A model generated the notes under the pieces. That model was not told the DNA's origin, searched no databases, and saw nothing but the letters and a program-made list of their open reading frames with translations. Below are positions 36,901 through 44,797 of a stretch of 64,000 bases of DNA, in pieces (within the stretch, counting starts at the first letter, position 1; every line of letters begins with the position of its first letter). The translations under genes were made by a program, and so were the position numbers. This stretch comes from a bacterium (GTDB lineage: Bacteria > Patescibacteriota > Minisyncoccia > UBA6257 > 2-01-FULL-56-20). The stretch spans positions 1,123 to 65,122 of the forward strand of contig DAIDAM010000002.1 of the NCBI GenBank assembly GCA_027310625.1. Reading direction: 5' to 3'.

Positions 36901-37376
36901 ACGACATCGGCTACATTAACTTTGCAGCCGACTCCGCCGGTTCGCTGAAAGTCGGTTCGGTTACCGTCACCTTCAGCGGCGGCGCTCCGTCCAGCACGCA
37001 GTTCTGGAACACAACGACCACCGGCTACACCGGTCAGTGCTCGACGTGTTACGTGACGCTCTACGACACGGCAACTGGTGTCTCGTATTACCCCGTTGCC
37101 GAAGCTACGACTACGGCAGTGGATGGAAGCTTGACGTACGACTTCAACAACTACGTGGTCAGCACCAACAAGAGCTTCAACCTTCGCTTGAACTCCGGCC
37201 AGTCGGGAGTCCTCCAGAACGCCGGTACCAACACTCTGACGCGAAGCTTGTCGGCGACAATTTCCGCGGCAGGCAACGTGACATGGGTTGACGCGCTTGC
37301 GGGCGGCACCTCGATCGCAACGATTGTGACGAGCACCATCCCGATAAGCATCGCCAACGTCCAGTACACGTACTAA
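33969..37376 (+). CDS. very large secreted cell-surface protein with an N-terminal peptidoglycan-binding (PG_binding_1-like) domain and long Thr/Ser/Gly/Ala-rich beta-repeat region
   Basis: The start is taken at the ATG at 33969 (MSTSKKIVSAALTVATGVWMSGALFSVANAQ, a signal peptide), although the track ORF begins at 33912. LTVGSTGNDVKSLQQWLNAQGY matches the PG-binding fold. Total length about 1135 aa. Confidence 0.75.
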   Translation: MSTSKKIVSAALTVATGVWMSGALFSVANAQSVTDLQAQIASLLAQIQQLQAQLSSAQGGTSVAAPSFTRNLTVGSTGNDVKSLQQWLNAQGYKIAASGTGSPGNETTYFGQLTKAAVAKWQAAVGISPAAGYFGPVSRAKVASMAGGTTGGTTGGTTQLPPPVSGLNVSLSPSNPAPGSLISGSARNSVLTVSLTAGTASGVTVNTLKFTKVGVISDSNIAGAYLVRNGNVVAQYQSLSNGVITFAGMNLNVAAGQTVELWLQIDVAKGVKAGNTAAFKLASASDVDSIDASGNSVNEGGAFPLTGNMFTMTEVSTPSLASIAVASSSVGTQVTAGTQNNLVGAFKFTGSDNKTWLKGVKFTVTGSANKSDIRNVKLVVNGTQAGATLASVANDGSAYFDLSSSPAAINTGANNIQVFADIMGSPSFDFKFQVLNAYDVYALDSQYNVPVTAGSASDASVTIDKGSITVTQDTTTPTGNITKGQSNVTLAKFDIYAAGEAVKVKWVDFQLDFAGLTNGTFDDVIKNVSLTDDAGGQVGSTLTSINTKATCEEVGTVASTSVQTCFGNSSSPINYTVPANTTRVLSLKGDIQSNAFFSTITASLRRSTKGNLQGLTSSQTADSGSVGGASLTFSQSALTTAANTAFGTPTYAANSTNKKVGSYSLTASSAEGVSVSNLTVKTFSTSTTPYPLQNLKVMIGSTQFGSTKASLSSNSAYAFSGTPFTVPAGSTVYIDVYADLLSSAAGTLTTATRLDSCSGSGLLSYSAVTCDGRDGSSVKIAGQPGLTISADSSNPASNQLVMGSTGNALAAFLFTETSNADSVKVTQLNIIDSVTATSSVLGSFQNLCLYQGTTNLGCSGSAQSNVASTSYLYAFNFSSPIVVPQAGSVVLTLKGDVASFISSGATDNAPHGFKFEISNETNNNTVAKMITAIGLTSNATATITTSSAVGNTMTVLRTKLTVSGATLGGSAHAKSAIDDIGYINFAADSAGSLKVGSVTVTFSGGAPSSTQFWNTTTTGYTGQCSTCYVTLYDTATGVSYYPVAEATTTAVDGSLTYDFNNYVVSTNKSFNLRLNSGQSGVLQNAGTNTLTRSLSATISAAGNVTWVDALAGGTSIATIVTSTIPISIANVQYTY

Positions 37377-37431
37377 TCTGAAACGATTGCAGCGATACCG
37401 GTTGGCGCGAGGAACGCCTGAACCGGAAACT

Positions 37432-37461
37432 AAGGGGCCCCGCAAGGGGCCTTTTAGTTTT
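37432..37461 (+). terminator. rho-independent terminator of the surface-protein gene
   Basis: AAGGGGCCCCGCAAGGGGCCTT followed by TTAGTTTT. Confidence 0.6.
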
Positions 37462-37577
37462 GATAAACATTGATAAATTTAGATAAAGATTGAGAAAGAT
37501 TGTGACGCTAATTGATTGACGAGTTGTGGCAAAAAAGATAAAAATGGATAAAAATTGATGACATAGACTTATATGAT

Positions 37578-37940
37578 TTGGAAGTTTACAAATTGAGCAA
37601 AGAAATTTCCAAAGAATGCTGGGAAATTTATAAGAAGCTTGACTGGCAAACGAGGAAAACAATCGGTGACCAGTTTATATCTGCAATTGATTCAATTGGC
37701 GCCAATGTCGCGGAGGGCTTCGGAAGGTTCCATTATTTAGACAGGAATAAATTTAACTACAACGCGCGAGGTTCGCTCTTGGAATCTTTGCATTGGGTTG
37801 ATTTGCTGAAAGACCGTGGTTTTATCAGTAAAGAAATCCATGCAAACTTGAACGGAAATTTAAGGACGCTTATGGTAAAGCTGAATAACTACATAGTTTC
37901 TACGAAGAATAAAAACAAGGAGAAAAGCAAAGTTCTCTAA
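37578..37940 (+). CDS. four-helix-bundle protein of the Avd / 23S rRNA intervening-sequence protein family
   Basis: 120 aa with SIGANVAEGFGRFHYLDRNKFNYNARGSLLES, the family signature. Confidence 0.8.
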   Translation: MEVYKLSKEISKECWEIYKKLDWQTRKTIGDQFISAIDSIGANVAEGFGRFHYLDRNKFNYNARGSLLESLHWVDLLKDRGFISKEIHANLNGNLRTLMVKLNNYIVSTKNKNKEKSKVL

Positions 37941-37994
37941 CAACATTTACTCAACATTTATCTACTTTTATCTATGTTTATCTTTATTTGACTT

Positions 37995-40304
37995 ATGACC
38001 GAAAAATCATTATTCAACGCGATAAAGTTTCTCGTTTTTATAATCGTCGTCGGCGCGCCGCTTTTTTATTTTCCCTGGGGCGTTTATCCCTACACCCTTT
38101 CCAAAACTCTTTTCTTTCAGGCGGCGGTTGAAATTCTCTTTTTCCTTTGGCTCGCGCTTGTCCTCCCAAATTTTGTAAGGCAAAACTCGGGAGGACGAGC
38201 CGTTTCCAATCCGCGTTATCGTCCCAAGCCGACACCACTTTTGGTTTCGCTGGCGGTTTTTCTTTCGGTTTATTTTCTCGTCTCGCTTAACGGCATTGAT
38301 TTCTGGAAAAGTTTTTGGTCAACATACGAGCGCGGCATTGGATTTTTCGCCATGCTTCATTTCGCGGCTCTCGCCCTCGTTCTCTCCTCGCTTTATAAAG
38401 AACTTCCGTGGAGAAAAATTTTTTATTCGTCGCTCGCAACCTCGGTTATTATCGACGCCATTGCTTATGTTCAGATTTACATTCCCAATTTGCTCTTGAT
38501 TGAAAACCCCGGCTCGAGACCGGGCGCGACTTTCGGCAACCCCGGGTTCATGTCCGGATACCTCCTATTCAATATTTTTCTTTCCATTTACCTTCTCTTC
38601 TCGATTTTTCGCGAGTCCAAAGGTGTTGCGCCTCCGTTCGCAAAAATTTTTTTCATTGCTTCCGCGGGCGTGATAGACGTTGCGGCTATGTTTTTGGCTC
38701 AAACAAGAGGAGACATACTCGCTCTTGTTTTGGGCTTATTAACTCTCCTTTTCCTTTTTTGTTTCGTCCCGCCGGAAAATGCCCCCGGTTTTTTGAAGAG
38801 ACGAAGCACCTACTTATCTTTAATAATTGTTATCGTCACTTTCGCGGCAATTTTCTTTTTGACAAAAGACAATCCGTTTTGGGCGAAAGTTCCTGGACTC
38901 TCACGTTTCAGCTCCGTTTCTTTTTCGGGCGAGGGGTCGATTGCGCCGCGGTTCGCCGCCCTTCGCGCGGGATGGCAGGGATTTCTTAAAAAACCGGTTC
39001 TCGGATGGGGGCCGGAGAATTTCATGCCGATATACGACCGTAACTATGACCCGAAAGATTTAACGTCTTCGTACGAAGAAACGAGATTCGATAAGCCGCA
39101 CAATCTTTTCCTCGAATACTTGGACTCCGGCGGGATAATTCTTTTCGCGGCCTTTATTTTCCTTTTCGGAGCGGCGATTTACGAATCAATCAGACAGAAA
39201 GACAAACTTTTTCGCGCGATATTTTTGTCGGCGCTCGTTTCCTACGGCGTCAGCCAGTTTTTCTTATTTGAAACAATCGGAACGACGCTTATGCTCTATC
39301 TCTTTTTCGGCGCCGCTGACGGCGGGTTCAGAGAAAAAGACGAATCCGCATCTTTTTCGGTTGTCAAAGCCGCCGGTCAGGAAAACGCAAACGTGAACAT
39401 TTGGAGCGTGATTTTGTTTTTGGCTCTCGCCGCAATTCCGATTTACAAAATAAATTTTGAATCCCTCCGCGCTTCTTTGAACCAATACTATGCTTTCCAA
39501 TACTTTTTGCAGCAAAAGATTTTTCTCGGTCTCCGTTCCTTTGAAAAATCCGTGAGCATTTGGAGCCCCTACTCCTGGAACTTCAAACGCGATTACGCCA
39601 TCGCCGTCGCCGGACAATATTTCAATTACCCCGGAACGGTTGCCGATGAAGACGTTTTGAAAGCGGTGAAAGCGATGGAGGAAACCCGCGACGAACATCC
39701 GGCGGACGCATTCAATCATTACGCGCTCGTGAACATCTATAATGAAGTTGCCGACATAAATAAGAACGAATACACCGCGAAAGCCGAGAAGGAGGCGGAA
39801 ATTGCTCTGAAGATAAGCCCGAGAAGGCAGGAAGCTCTCTTTCTCCTCGCGAAGACGAAAACCATAAAAGGCGATTATGCCGGCGCGCTTTCAATTCTGA
39901 AAGGCGCGCTGGAAGACAATCCCAAAGTCGCCGATGCGCATTTTTACTACGGAATTGTTGCGTTCGCGACCGGCGACAAAACGACGGGCTACAACGAAGT
40001 TAAAACCGCCATTTCCATGGGGCGGGAGTGGAAAACTTTTTACGAGGCGCGCACCGCCGCGGGCTTTTTTGCCGATTCCGGACATATTGATGAGGCGCTG
40101 GAACTTTATAAAACCGCCTGGGGTATGTCGTATCAGTCCGATTTGGAAACGGAAATCAAACTGGGTGTGATCTATTTCTTCAAAGGCCAGCGCGATGTCG
40201 CTAAAACCTATCTTGAAGACGCGGTTAAAAAATTTGACGTCGCGAAAAGTCCTTCCTACGCCCAACTTGAGCCGATTTTGAAACAGCTCGGGATAAAGTT
40301 CTGA
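37995..40304 (+). CDS. O-antigen ligase/polymerase (Wzy_C)-like polytopic membrane protein with C-terminal TPR repeats
   Basis: 769 aa. About 12 transmembrane helices in the first ~450 aa, then repeated TPR-like helices (e.g. YYGIVAFATGD). Confidence 0.65.
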   Translation: MTEKSLFNAIKFLVFIIVVGAPLFYFPWGVYPYTLSKTLFFQAAVEILFFLWLALVLPNFVRQNSGGRAVSNPRYRPKPTPLLVSLAVFLSVYFLVSLNGIDFWKSFWSTYERGIGFFAMLHFAALALVLSSLYKELPWRKIFYSSLATSVIIDAIAYVQIYIPNLLLIENPGSRPGATFGNPGFMSGYLLFNIFLSIYLLFSIFRESKGVAPPFAKIFFIASAGVIDVAAMFLAQTRGDILALVLGLLTLLFLFCFVPPENAPGFLKRRSTYLSLIIVIVTFAAIFFLTKDNPFWAKVPGLSRFSSVSFSGEGSIAPRFAALRAGWQGFLKKPVLGWGPENFMPIYDRNYDPKDLTSSYEETRFDKPHNLFLEYLDSGGIILFAAFIFLFGAAIYESIRQKDKLFRAIFLSALVSYGVSQFFLFETIGTTLMLYLFFGAADGGFREKDESASFSVVKAAGQENANVNIWSVILFLALAAIPIYKINFESLRASLNQYYAFQYFLQQKIFLGLRSFEKSVSIWSPYSWNFKRDYAIAVAGQYFNYPGTVADEDVLKAVKAMEETRDEHPADAFNHYALVNIYNEVADINKNEYTAKAEKEAEIALKISPRRQEALFLLAKTKTIKGDYAGALSILKGALEDNPKVADAHFYYGIVAFATGDKTTGYNEVKTAISMGREWKTFYEARTAAGFFADSGHIDEALELYKTAWGMSYQSDLETEIKLGVIYFFKGQRDVAKTYLEDAVKKFDVAKSPSYAQLEPILKQLGIKF

Positions 40305-40307
40305 TCG

Positions 40308-40438
40308 TTATGGACTTTGTACGAAAACACGCTATCAATTTCCCCAGCGAGGAAATTGCGCTCTCGCTCGGCCTCGCTCGTCCGCCCGGGGCGGACACCA
40401 TGCCCGCTCGGCCTGCGCGGAGGTTTTCTTAACAAAGT
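40308..40438. repeat. GC-rich inverted-repeat-flanked structured element, copy 2 (inverted repeat GGACTTTGT / ACAAAGTCC)
   Basis: Internal hairpin GTCCGCCCGGGGCGGAC. Shares GGCGGACACCATGCC, CGCTCGTCC and GCGGAGGTT with 31194-31352. Confidence 0.5.
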
Positions 40439-40617
40439 CCGTCACGGACTCTGGGTATTGGTGTTTTGGGGCGAATTTGCTATACTTATTCCGACGAGCG
40501 AGGATGCAAAATGAAAAAGTTTTCATTTTGTCCGAGCGCTGTCGGAGCAAGAGGTTTGAAAAACCTCTTAACCGCAATAGGAAAACAAAAGGTCGGTTAA
40601 TATTCCAACAAATTTAA

Positions 40618-40893
40618 ATGACAAAAGACGGATTGATTGAGGCAGTGATGAAGGCTGCAGGCCTTGAAACGAAGGCGCAGGCTCACCGCCTCGTGGAAGC
40701 GGTGTTTGACACCATCGTAAAGACAATGGGCCGCGGCGAGGATGTGGCAATAACCGGCTTCGGAACTTTCCGGGTGGCGAAAAGAGCCGCTCGTCAGGGA
40801 CGCAACCCCAAAACCGGCGAGACCATTCAAATCGCGGCTTCGGTTAAGCCGAAGTTCCGCGCCGGAAAAGTTTTGAAGGAAGCGGTGAAGTAA
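40618..40893 (+). CDS. hup: DNA-binding protein HU
   Basis: 91 aa with GFGTFRVAKRAARQGRNPKTGETIQI, the HU arm. Confidence 0.9.
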   Translation: MTKDGLIEAVMKAAGLETKAQAHRLVEAVFDTIVKTMGRGEDVAITGFGTFRVAKRAARQGRNPKTGETIQIAASVKPKFRAGKVLKEAVK

Positions 40894-40910
40894 GCAGGTT
40901 TTTAGAAAAC

Positions 40911-40940
40911 AAAAAATCCCCAAAAAGGGATTTTTTGTTT
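40911..40940 (+). terminator. rho-independent terminator of hup
   Basis: AAATCCC-CAAAAA-GGGATTT followed by TTTTGTTT. Confidence 0.65.
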
Positions 40941-41023
40941 CGCCGATTGATGCCGATACGGCTGATTTGTGCTGATTAAAAATACATCGGCATCCATCAG
41001 CTTAAATCCGCATAAATCAGCGG
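40941..41023. repeat. ATCAGC/GCTGAT-motif repeat cluster
   Basis: Sequence gccgattgatgccgatacggctgatttgtgctgatt...catcagcttaaatccgcataaatcagcggc. Confidence 0.6.
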
Positions 41024-41782
41024 CTATTTAGATGCTGACATTATTTTCCCCGTTTCCTCGCCGATGCTGAAAAAGTTTCCGTAGGCGTTCTTCAGATATT
41101 CAAGAGAAGAAATCATCAAATCGTAAGCGTTGTTCGGCCAGATGAGATTTTTGAATATTTCTCCCGCCTGATTGTTTTTCTCCTTTGCAAGTTTGAGGTT
41201 TTTGTCGGCTTCCTGCAGTAATTCCCTTACGCGCTGATTCTCCGATAATTCCAAAACTTTCAGCGACAAATTTATCTGATTGAATCTGTTTTCTGTGGTT
41301 TGAATTATGTCCTGATTTTTTACGAATATCGCAAAGTTATTGCTTAGATCCACAATCGGGTCATAATTTGAGTTGCGCCAACTCTTGAGGTTTGCAGAAA
41401 AAATTTTACTTCCTCCGATTCCCAAATCGCCGATGAGGTTTTTTTGGATTTGATAATAAGCAATTATTTCTCCGAACCTCGAAGCAATTCTATCTCTGGT
41501 TGTTTTTATTTCGCCATCATCGGTTTTTATGGATTTTACTTTTGACTGGAACTTCGACGCTTCGTTTGAAGCGCAGTCCATGACCTTGTATAGATACGAC
41601 TTTCTGAAATCAAGTTCGTTTTTTATGTCCTCCGCCCTGCCGCTTTCGGAAATGCCGCTTACTTCTGAAAATTTTTTCAAGTCGTCCTTAAAATCGCAAA
41701 CGTCCGTTGCGCCGGCGCGGACGATGTACAAGAGAGCCGCCGCCAAAATTGCCGCGGCGCTTATTTTTGACTTTTTTTGCAT
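41024..41782 (-). CDS. secreted hypothetical protein (last gene of the sigma / anti-sigma cluster)
   Basis: 252 aa with an N-terminal signal-like segment. Confidence 0.45.
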   Translation of the reverse strand: MQKKSKISAAAILAAALLYIVRAGATDVCDFKDDLKKFSEVSGISESGRAEDIKNELDFRKSYLYKVMDCASNEASKFQSKVKSIKTDDGEIKTTRDRIASRFGEIIAYYQIQKNLIGDLGIGGSKIFSANLKSWRNSNYDPIVDLSNNFAIFVKNQDIIQTTENRFNQINLSLKVLELSENQRVRELLQEADKNLKLAKEKNNQAGEIFKNLIWPNNAYDLMISSLEYLKNAYGNFFSIGEETGKIMSASK

Positions 41783-41785
41783 CGC

Positions 41786-42244
41786 TTATTTAGAAAGCTC
41801 AAGAAGCGCTGTGTCTATTATTTCATCGGTGGTTGAGGTGTTGGAAAGAGTGTCCGCCTTCTTTACGGGGGCTTTTGTGCCGCGGATAACCATTCTTACC
41901 GTGCTTGTTTTGTTTTCAAGCGAGGAGTAATTGATGTTTGTGAGCTGGATTTGCGCGTCTATCACCTCTGCCTCCGCTCTTAAGCCGGCGACGTCAACCA
42001 CAGCCGTGGTTGCGGGAGAAATGATTGTTTTCAACGCGGAAAAGCTTCCTATTGCAAGCAAAAGAAGAACCGCCGCCAGAGCCATTGACCATCCGGAGCG
42101 GAAAACCCCTGCAGCAATGTCTTTTATTGAAAATGAAAAACTTTGCCTCTGCCTTTGGCTTAAAATAATCGCCTTGGACTTTCTTGAATAGTCGCTGTCC
42201 GGCGCAACATTTTTCAGTTTTTTCAAAATCTCATTTAGTTCCAT
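41786..42244 (-). CDS. putative anti-sigma factor (single-pass membrane protein)
   Basis: 152 aa with a central transmembrane helix (MALAAVLLLLAIGSF). The call is based on its position immediately downstream of an ECF sigma gene and overlapping it. Confidence 0.4.
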   Translation of the reverse strand: MELNEILKKLKNVAPDSDYSRKSKAIILSQRQRQSFSFSIKDIAAGVFRSGWSMALAAVLLLLAIGSFSALKTIISPATTAVVDVAGLRAEAEVIDAQIQLTNINYSSLENKTSTVRMVIRGTKAPVKKADTLSNTSTTDEIIDTALLELSK

Positions 42245-42824
42245 GTTTTTCCTTGACGTGTTTTTTTAGTTCTTTCATCGCGCGGTGCTGCATCAGTTTT
42301 ACCGCTCCCTCGCTTTTGTTTACCGCCGCGGCCGTTTCCTTCACGGATAAATCTTCAATGAATCTCATTATCAGAACCTCCTGATAATCTTCTTTAAGTT
42401 CCCTTATCGCTTCGACGACTTTTTCAAGCCACATTCTTTCTTCCAGGTTCTTTTCAACGCTTTCCGAGCTCGGGTCGGATATGTTCTCTGCGTCCGCGCT
42501 TTCCAGTCCGAGTTCAATCTTTTTCGTGCGGTATCTGTCTATTATTTGATTCTTTGCGATTCTGTACAACCAGCTTGAAAAGGGGAATCCGAGATTTTTG
42601 TAGCTTTTGATGTTCTGCCAGGCGTTCAGGAAAACCTGGTGCGTGAGGTCCTCGGCGTCCTCACGACGGCCCACTTTGATTAGCACGAACCGGTATATTT
42701 TCGGCTGATAATAATCATAAAGGAGGCCGAAAGCCGAGGCCTCACCCCTGACGGCGTTTTCAACGAGTTTTATTTCGCCATCCAACATAGAAAACGATAT
42801 AAAAAGCGGCCGGTTACTGGCCAT
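42231..42824 (-). CDS. RNA polymerase sigma-70 factor, ECF subfamily
   Basis: Region 2 (DLTHQVFLNAWQNIKSYKN...FSSWLYRIAKNQIID) and a region 4 HTH (AAAVNKSEGAVKLMQHRAMKELK). Confidence 0.85.
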   Translation of the reverse strand: MASNRPLFISFSMLDGEIKLVENAVRGEASAFGLLYDYYQPKIYRFVLIKVGRREDAEDLTHQVFLNAWQNIKSYKNLGFPFSSWLYRIAKNQIIDRYRTKKIELGLESADAENISDPSSESVEKNLEERMWLEKVVEAIRELKEDYQEVLIMRFIEDLSVKETAAAVNKSEGAVKLMQHRAMKELKKHVKEKHGTK

Positions 42825-42901
42825 GCAGGATATTATACTAAAACAGAGTTTGAATTAGTCAAAACCTAAGTGCCGTTGCGTAAGATTAGCGACAATTTTT
42901 G

Positions 42902-42972
42902 AGCGGGTGAAGGGAATTGAACCCTCGTCTTATCCATGGCAAGGATATGTATTGCCACTATACTACACCCGC
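42902..42972 (-). tRNA. tRNA-Gly (anticodon GCC)
   Basis: The reverse complement folds as a cloverleaf: acceptor GCGGGUG/CACCCGC, anticodon stem UAUCC/GGAUA with loop UUGCCAU, and a T-arm GAGGG-UUCAAUU-CCCUU. CCA is not encoded. Confidence 0.8.
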
Positions 42973-43017
42973 ATTCGCGAATTTCATTCTACATTCTATA
43001 TTCCAAATTCTCAACTA

Positions 43018-43275
43018 TCAGTAACTCGGCGGGTTTGTCGGAGGTCCGATGAATCCTTCGCCGGGTTTTATTTTCGGCGGACCCTGAAAATTCGTCTGCT
43101 TCTGATTTTTGTTTGTTGAAGTTGAAGCAGCCGAACTGTTATATTGCACGTTATTTTTTTTCAAATCAGGACCCTCTTTTTGATTCTGAGCGATTCCGAG
43201 AATCACATTTGAAATGAAATAAAAAAACGCCACCGTCAGCGCAATAAAAACTGCAAGAAGATAAGTTGTTTTCAT
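43018..43275 (-). CDS. small membrane protein, hypothetical
   Basis: Starts MKTTYLLAVFIALTVAFFYF, 6 nt after the tRNA-Arg 3' end. The track's longer version overlaps the tRNA and is rejected. Confidence 0.4.
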   Translation of the reverse strand: MKTTYLLAVFIALTVAFFYFISNVILGIAQNQKEGPDLKKNNVQYNSSAASTSTNKNQKQTNFQGPPKIKPGEGFIGPPTNPPSY

Positions 43276-43281
43276 TTTTTG

Positions 43282-43354
43282 CGTCCCCGACAGGATTTGA
43301 ACCTGTGGCCTCCAGGTCCGCAACCTGGCGCTCTATCCCCTGAGCTACGAGGAC
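43282..43354 (-). tRNA. tRNA-Arg (anticodon reads GCG in my hand fold)
   Basis: The reverse complement has acceptor GUCCUCG/CGGGGAC, D-arm GCUC-AGGGGAUA-GAGC, anticodon stem CCAGG/CCUGG with loop UUGCGGA, and T-arm ACAGG-UUCAAAU-CCUGU. Confidence 0.7.
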
Positions 43355-43544
43355 AATGTTGTAATTGTAAAGTGAAATTTTAGTGCGGGGCAAGCAATCT
43401 CGCATTCTACCTGCCCCGCACTGAACCTTGCTCTGGTGCGGGGTCCGTTGCCCGCCGAAGGCGGATCCGCCTCTGGCGGAAACTATGAGGGCCTAGAGAA
43501 TTTTTAACCCAAATTTCCATCGGATACAAGGACCTTCTACAACC

Positions 43545-44048
43545 TCAGAACCTTACCAGTTTTTCAAGAGAATCAAAAAAGGATTCTTCAATTTCGGATT
43601 TTTTGACAACCGGAACGAGAACTTTTTCCGCTTCTTCCACAAGATTGGAAGGTATCCTTGTTCTCAGAAGCGGCCGTAAACCGCGGCTGAACTTGAAAGA
43701 TATTTCCGACCATGCGTCGCCGTTCTCCATTACATTGAAAGCTTCAATTCTTGAGTAGGGGTAGAATTTTTTTTCGTCCACAGTGACTCCTTTTTCGTCA
43801 ATCCTGAATTTTACCGTGCGCGGTTTCTTTCCTGCCCAGACAAGAATCAATATTTCAGCGATAACTATGAAAACCGAGAACAAAAAATTTTTTTGCCAAA
43901 TCGAGGCGCTTAAAAGAATTACCGCGACGATGACGCTCAGCCAGTACCAGGAAATGCCTTTCTCGCTGTATTCAAATTCGGGCGCGGACCACTCCACTTC
44001 AACTTTCTTCATTGAAAGAATTTTAACTCCCGGCGACAGCGAGAGCAA
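43545..44048 (-). CDS. hypothetical membrane protein
   Basis: 167 aa with two transmembrane helices followed by a soluble domain. Confidence 0.4.
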   Translation of the reverse strand: MLSLSPGVKILSMKKVEVEWSAPEFEYSEKGISWYWLSVIVAVILLSASIWQKNFLFSVFIVIAEILILVWAGKKPRTVKFRIDEKGVTVDEKKFYPYSRIEAFNVMENGDAWSEISFKFSRGLRPLLRTRIPSNLVEEAEKVLVPVVKKSEIEESFFDSLEKLVRF

Positions 44049-44739
44049 CTATTTTTTTCGCGCCCGCTTTTTTGAGGGATGTTGCCGCTTCGAAAAACGT
44101 CGCCCCCGACGTTGAAACATCGTCAATTAAAACGATTTTTCTGCCCCTGAATTTTTCCGGCGCGGCAACTGCGAAACACCCCGACACGTTTTCAATGCGT
44201 TCTTTCAGGTTTTTCATTTCGCTTTGCTGTTTTGTCTCTTTTGAGCGGATAAAACCATTACTTTCAATTTCAAGCGAAAATTTTTTTGAAAATATTTCCG
44301 CAATGAGAAACGACTGATTGAATCCCCGCTTTCTCATTCGCGCTTTTCCGAGCGGAACCGGGACGACAAGCATGTCGTTTTCGGGCAGATTGAGGTTCTC
44401 CGCGTAAGAGACGAGCAATTCTCCGAGCGGTTTTGCCGCATCTTTTCTGAATCCGAATTTCAATTCGCGGACGAGGCCGTTTATCGCGGGATTTTTATAC
44501 TGCGCCGCGATTCCAAGAATGTACGGAAAATCCTTGTGACATATTTTTGACGATTCCGGAAAGCGGGCGCGGCACTCGCCGCAGAAAAGCGAACCATTGA
44601 GATGTATATTTCCCATGCACCGCCTGCAGATAATTTCCTTTCCCTCCATCGCTTCCTCGCATGAAACGCACAAAGCGGGGAACAAAATGTTCAGAACGGA
44701 GTCCGAAACAAAACTTAATAAATTTTTGATTCCACTCAT
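44023..44739 (-). CDS. comF: ComF-family protein (competence, phosphoribosyltransferase domain with N-terminal Cys-rich zinc ribbon)
   Basis: CVSCEEAMEGKEIICRRCMG...CGECRARF followed by a PRTase motif VLIDDVSTSGATF. Confidence 0.7.
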   Translation of the reverse strand: MSGIKNLLSFVSDSVLNILFPALCVSCEEAMEGKEIICRRCMGNIHLNGSLFCGECRARFPESSKICHKDFPYILGIAAQYKNPAINGLVRELKFGFRKDAAKPLGELLVSYAENLNLPENDMLVVPVPLGKARMRKRGFNQSFLIAEIFSKKFSLEIESNGFIRSKETKQQSEMKNLKERIENVSGCFAVAAPEKFRGRKIVLIDDVSTSGATFFEAATSLKKAGAKKIVALAVAGS

Positions 44740-44797
44740 TTTTGTTCAATCGGCGCAACCGTTTGGCTCGTGGTATAATCACTTTGAATTATAGAAC

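Noticed and set aside
36513-37445. Long minus-strand ORFs (310, 161 and 72 aa) antisense to the giant surface-protein gene, and similar antisense ORFs inside gyrA (1526-2293, 2699-3373 minus; 2782-3843 plus) and gatA/clpB
   Set aside because: Their Arg/Gly/Val-rich translations are typical of the antisense frame of GC-biased Thr/Ser/Ala-rich coding sequence. They have no start signals, and the sense-strand genes are clearly homologous to known proteins.
37578-37940. Complete DGR composed of the surface protein (target), the Avd gene and the RT at 21.4 kb
   Set aside because: No template repeat follows the Avd gene. By eye I found no repeat of the surface protein 3' end elsewhere in the window. 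The only RT present has retron-type rather than DGR-type motifs. Kept only as a possible decayed or orphan-Avd situation.
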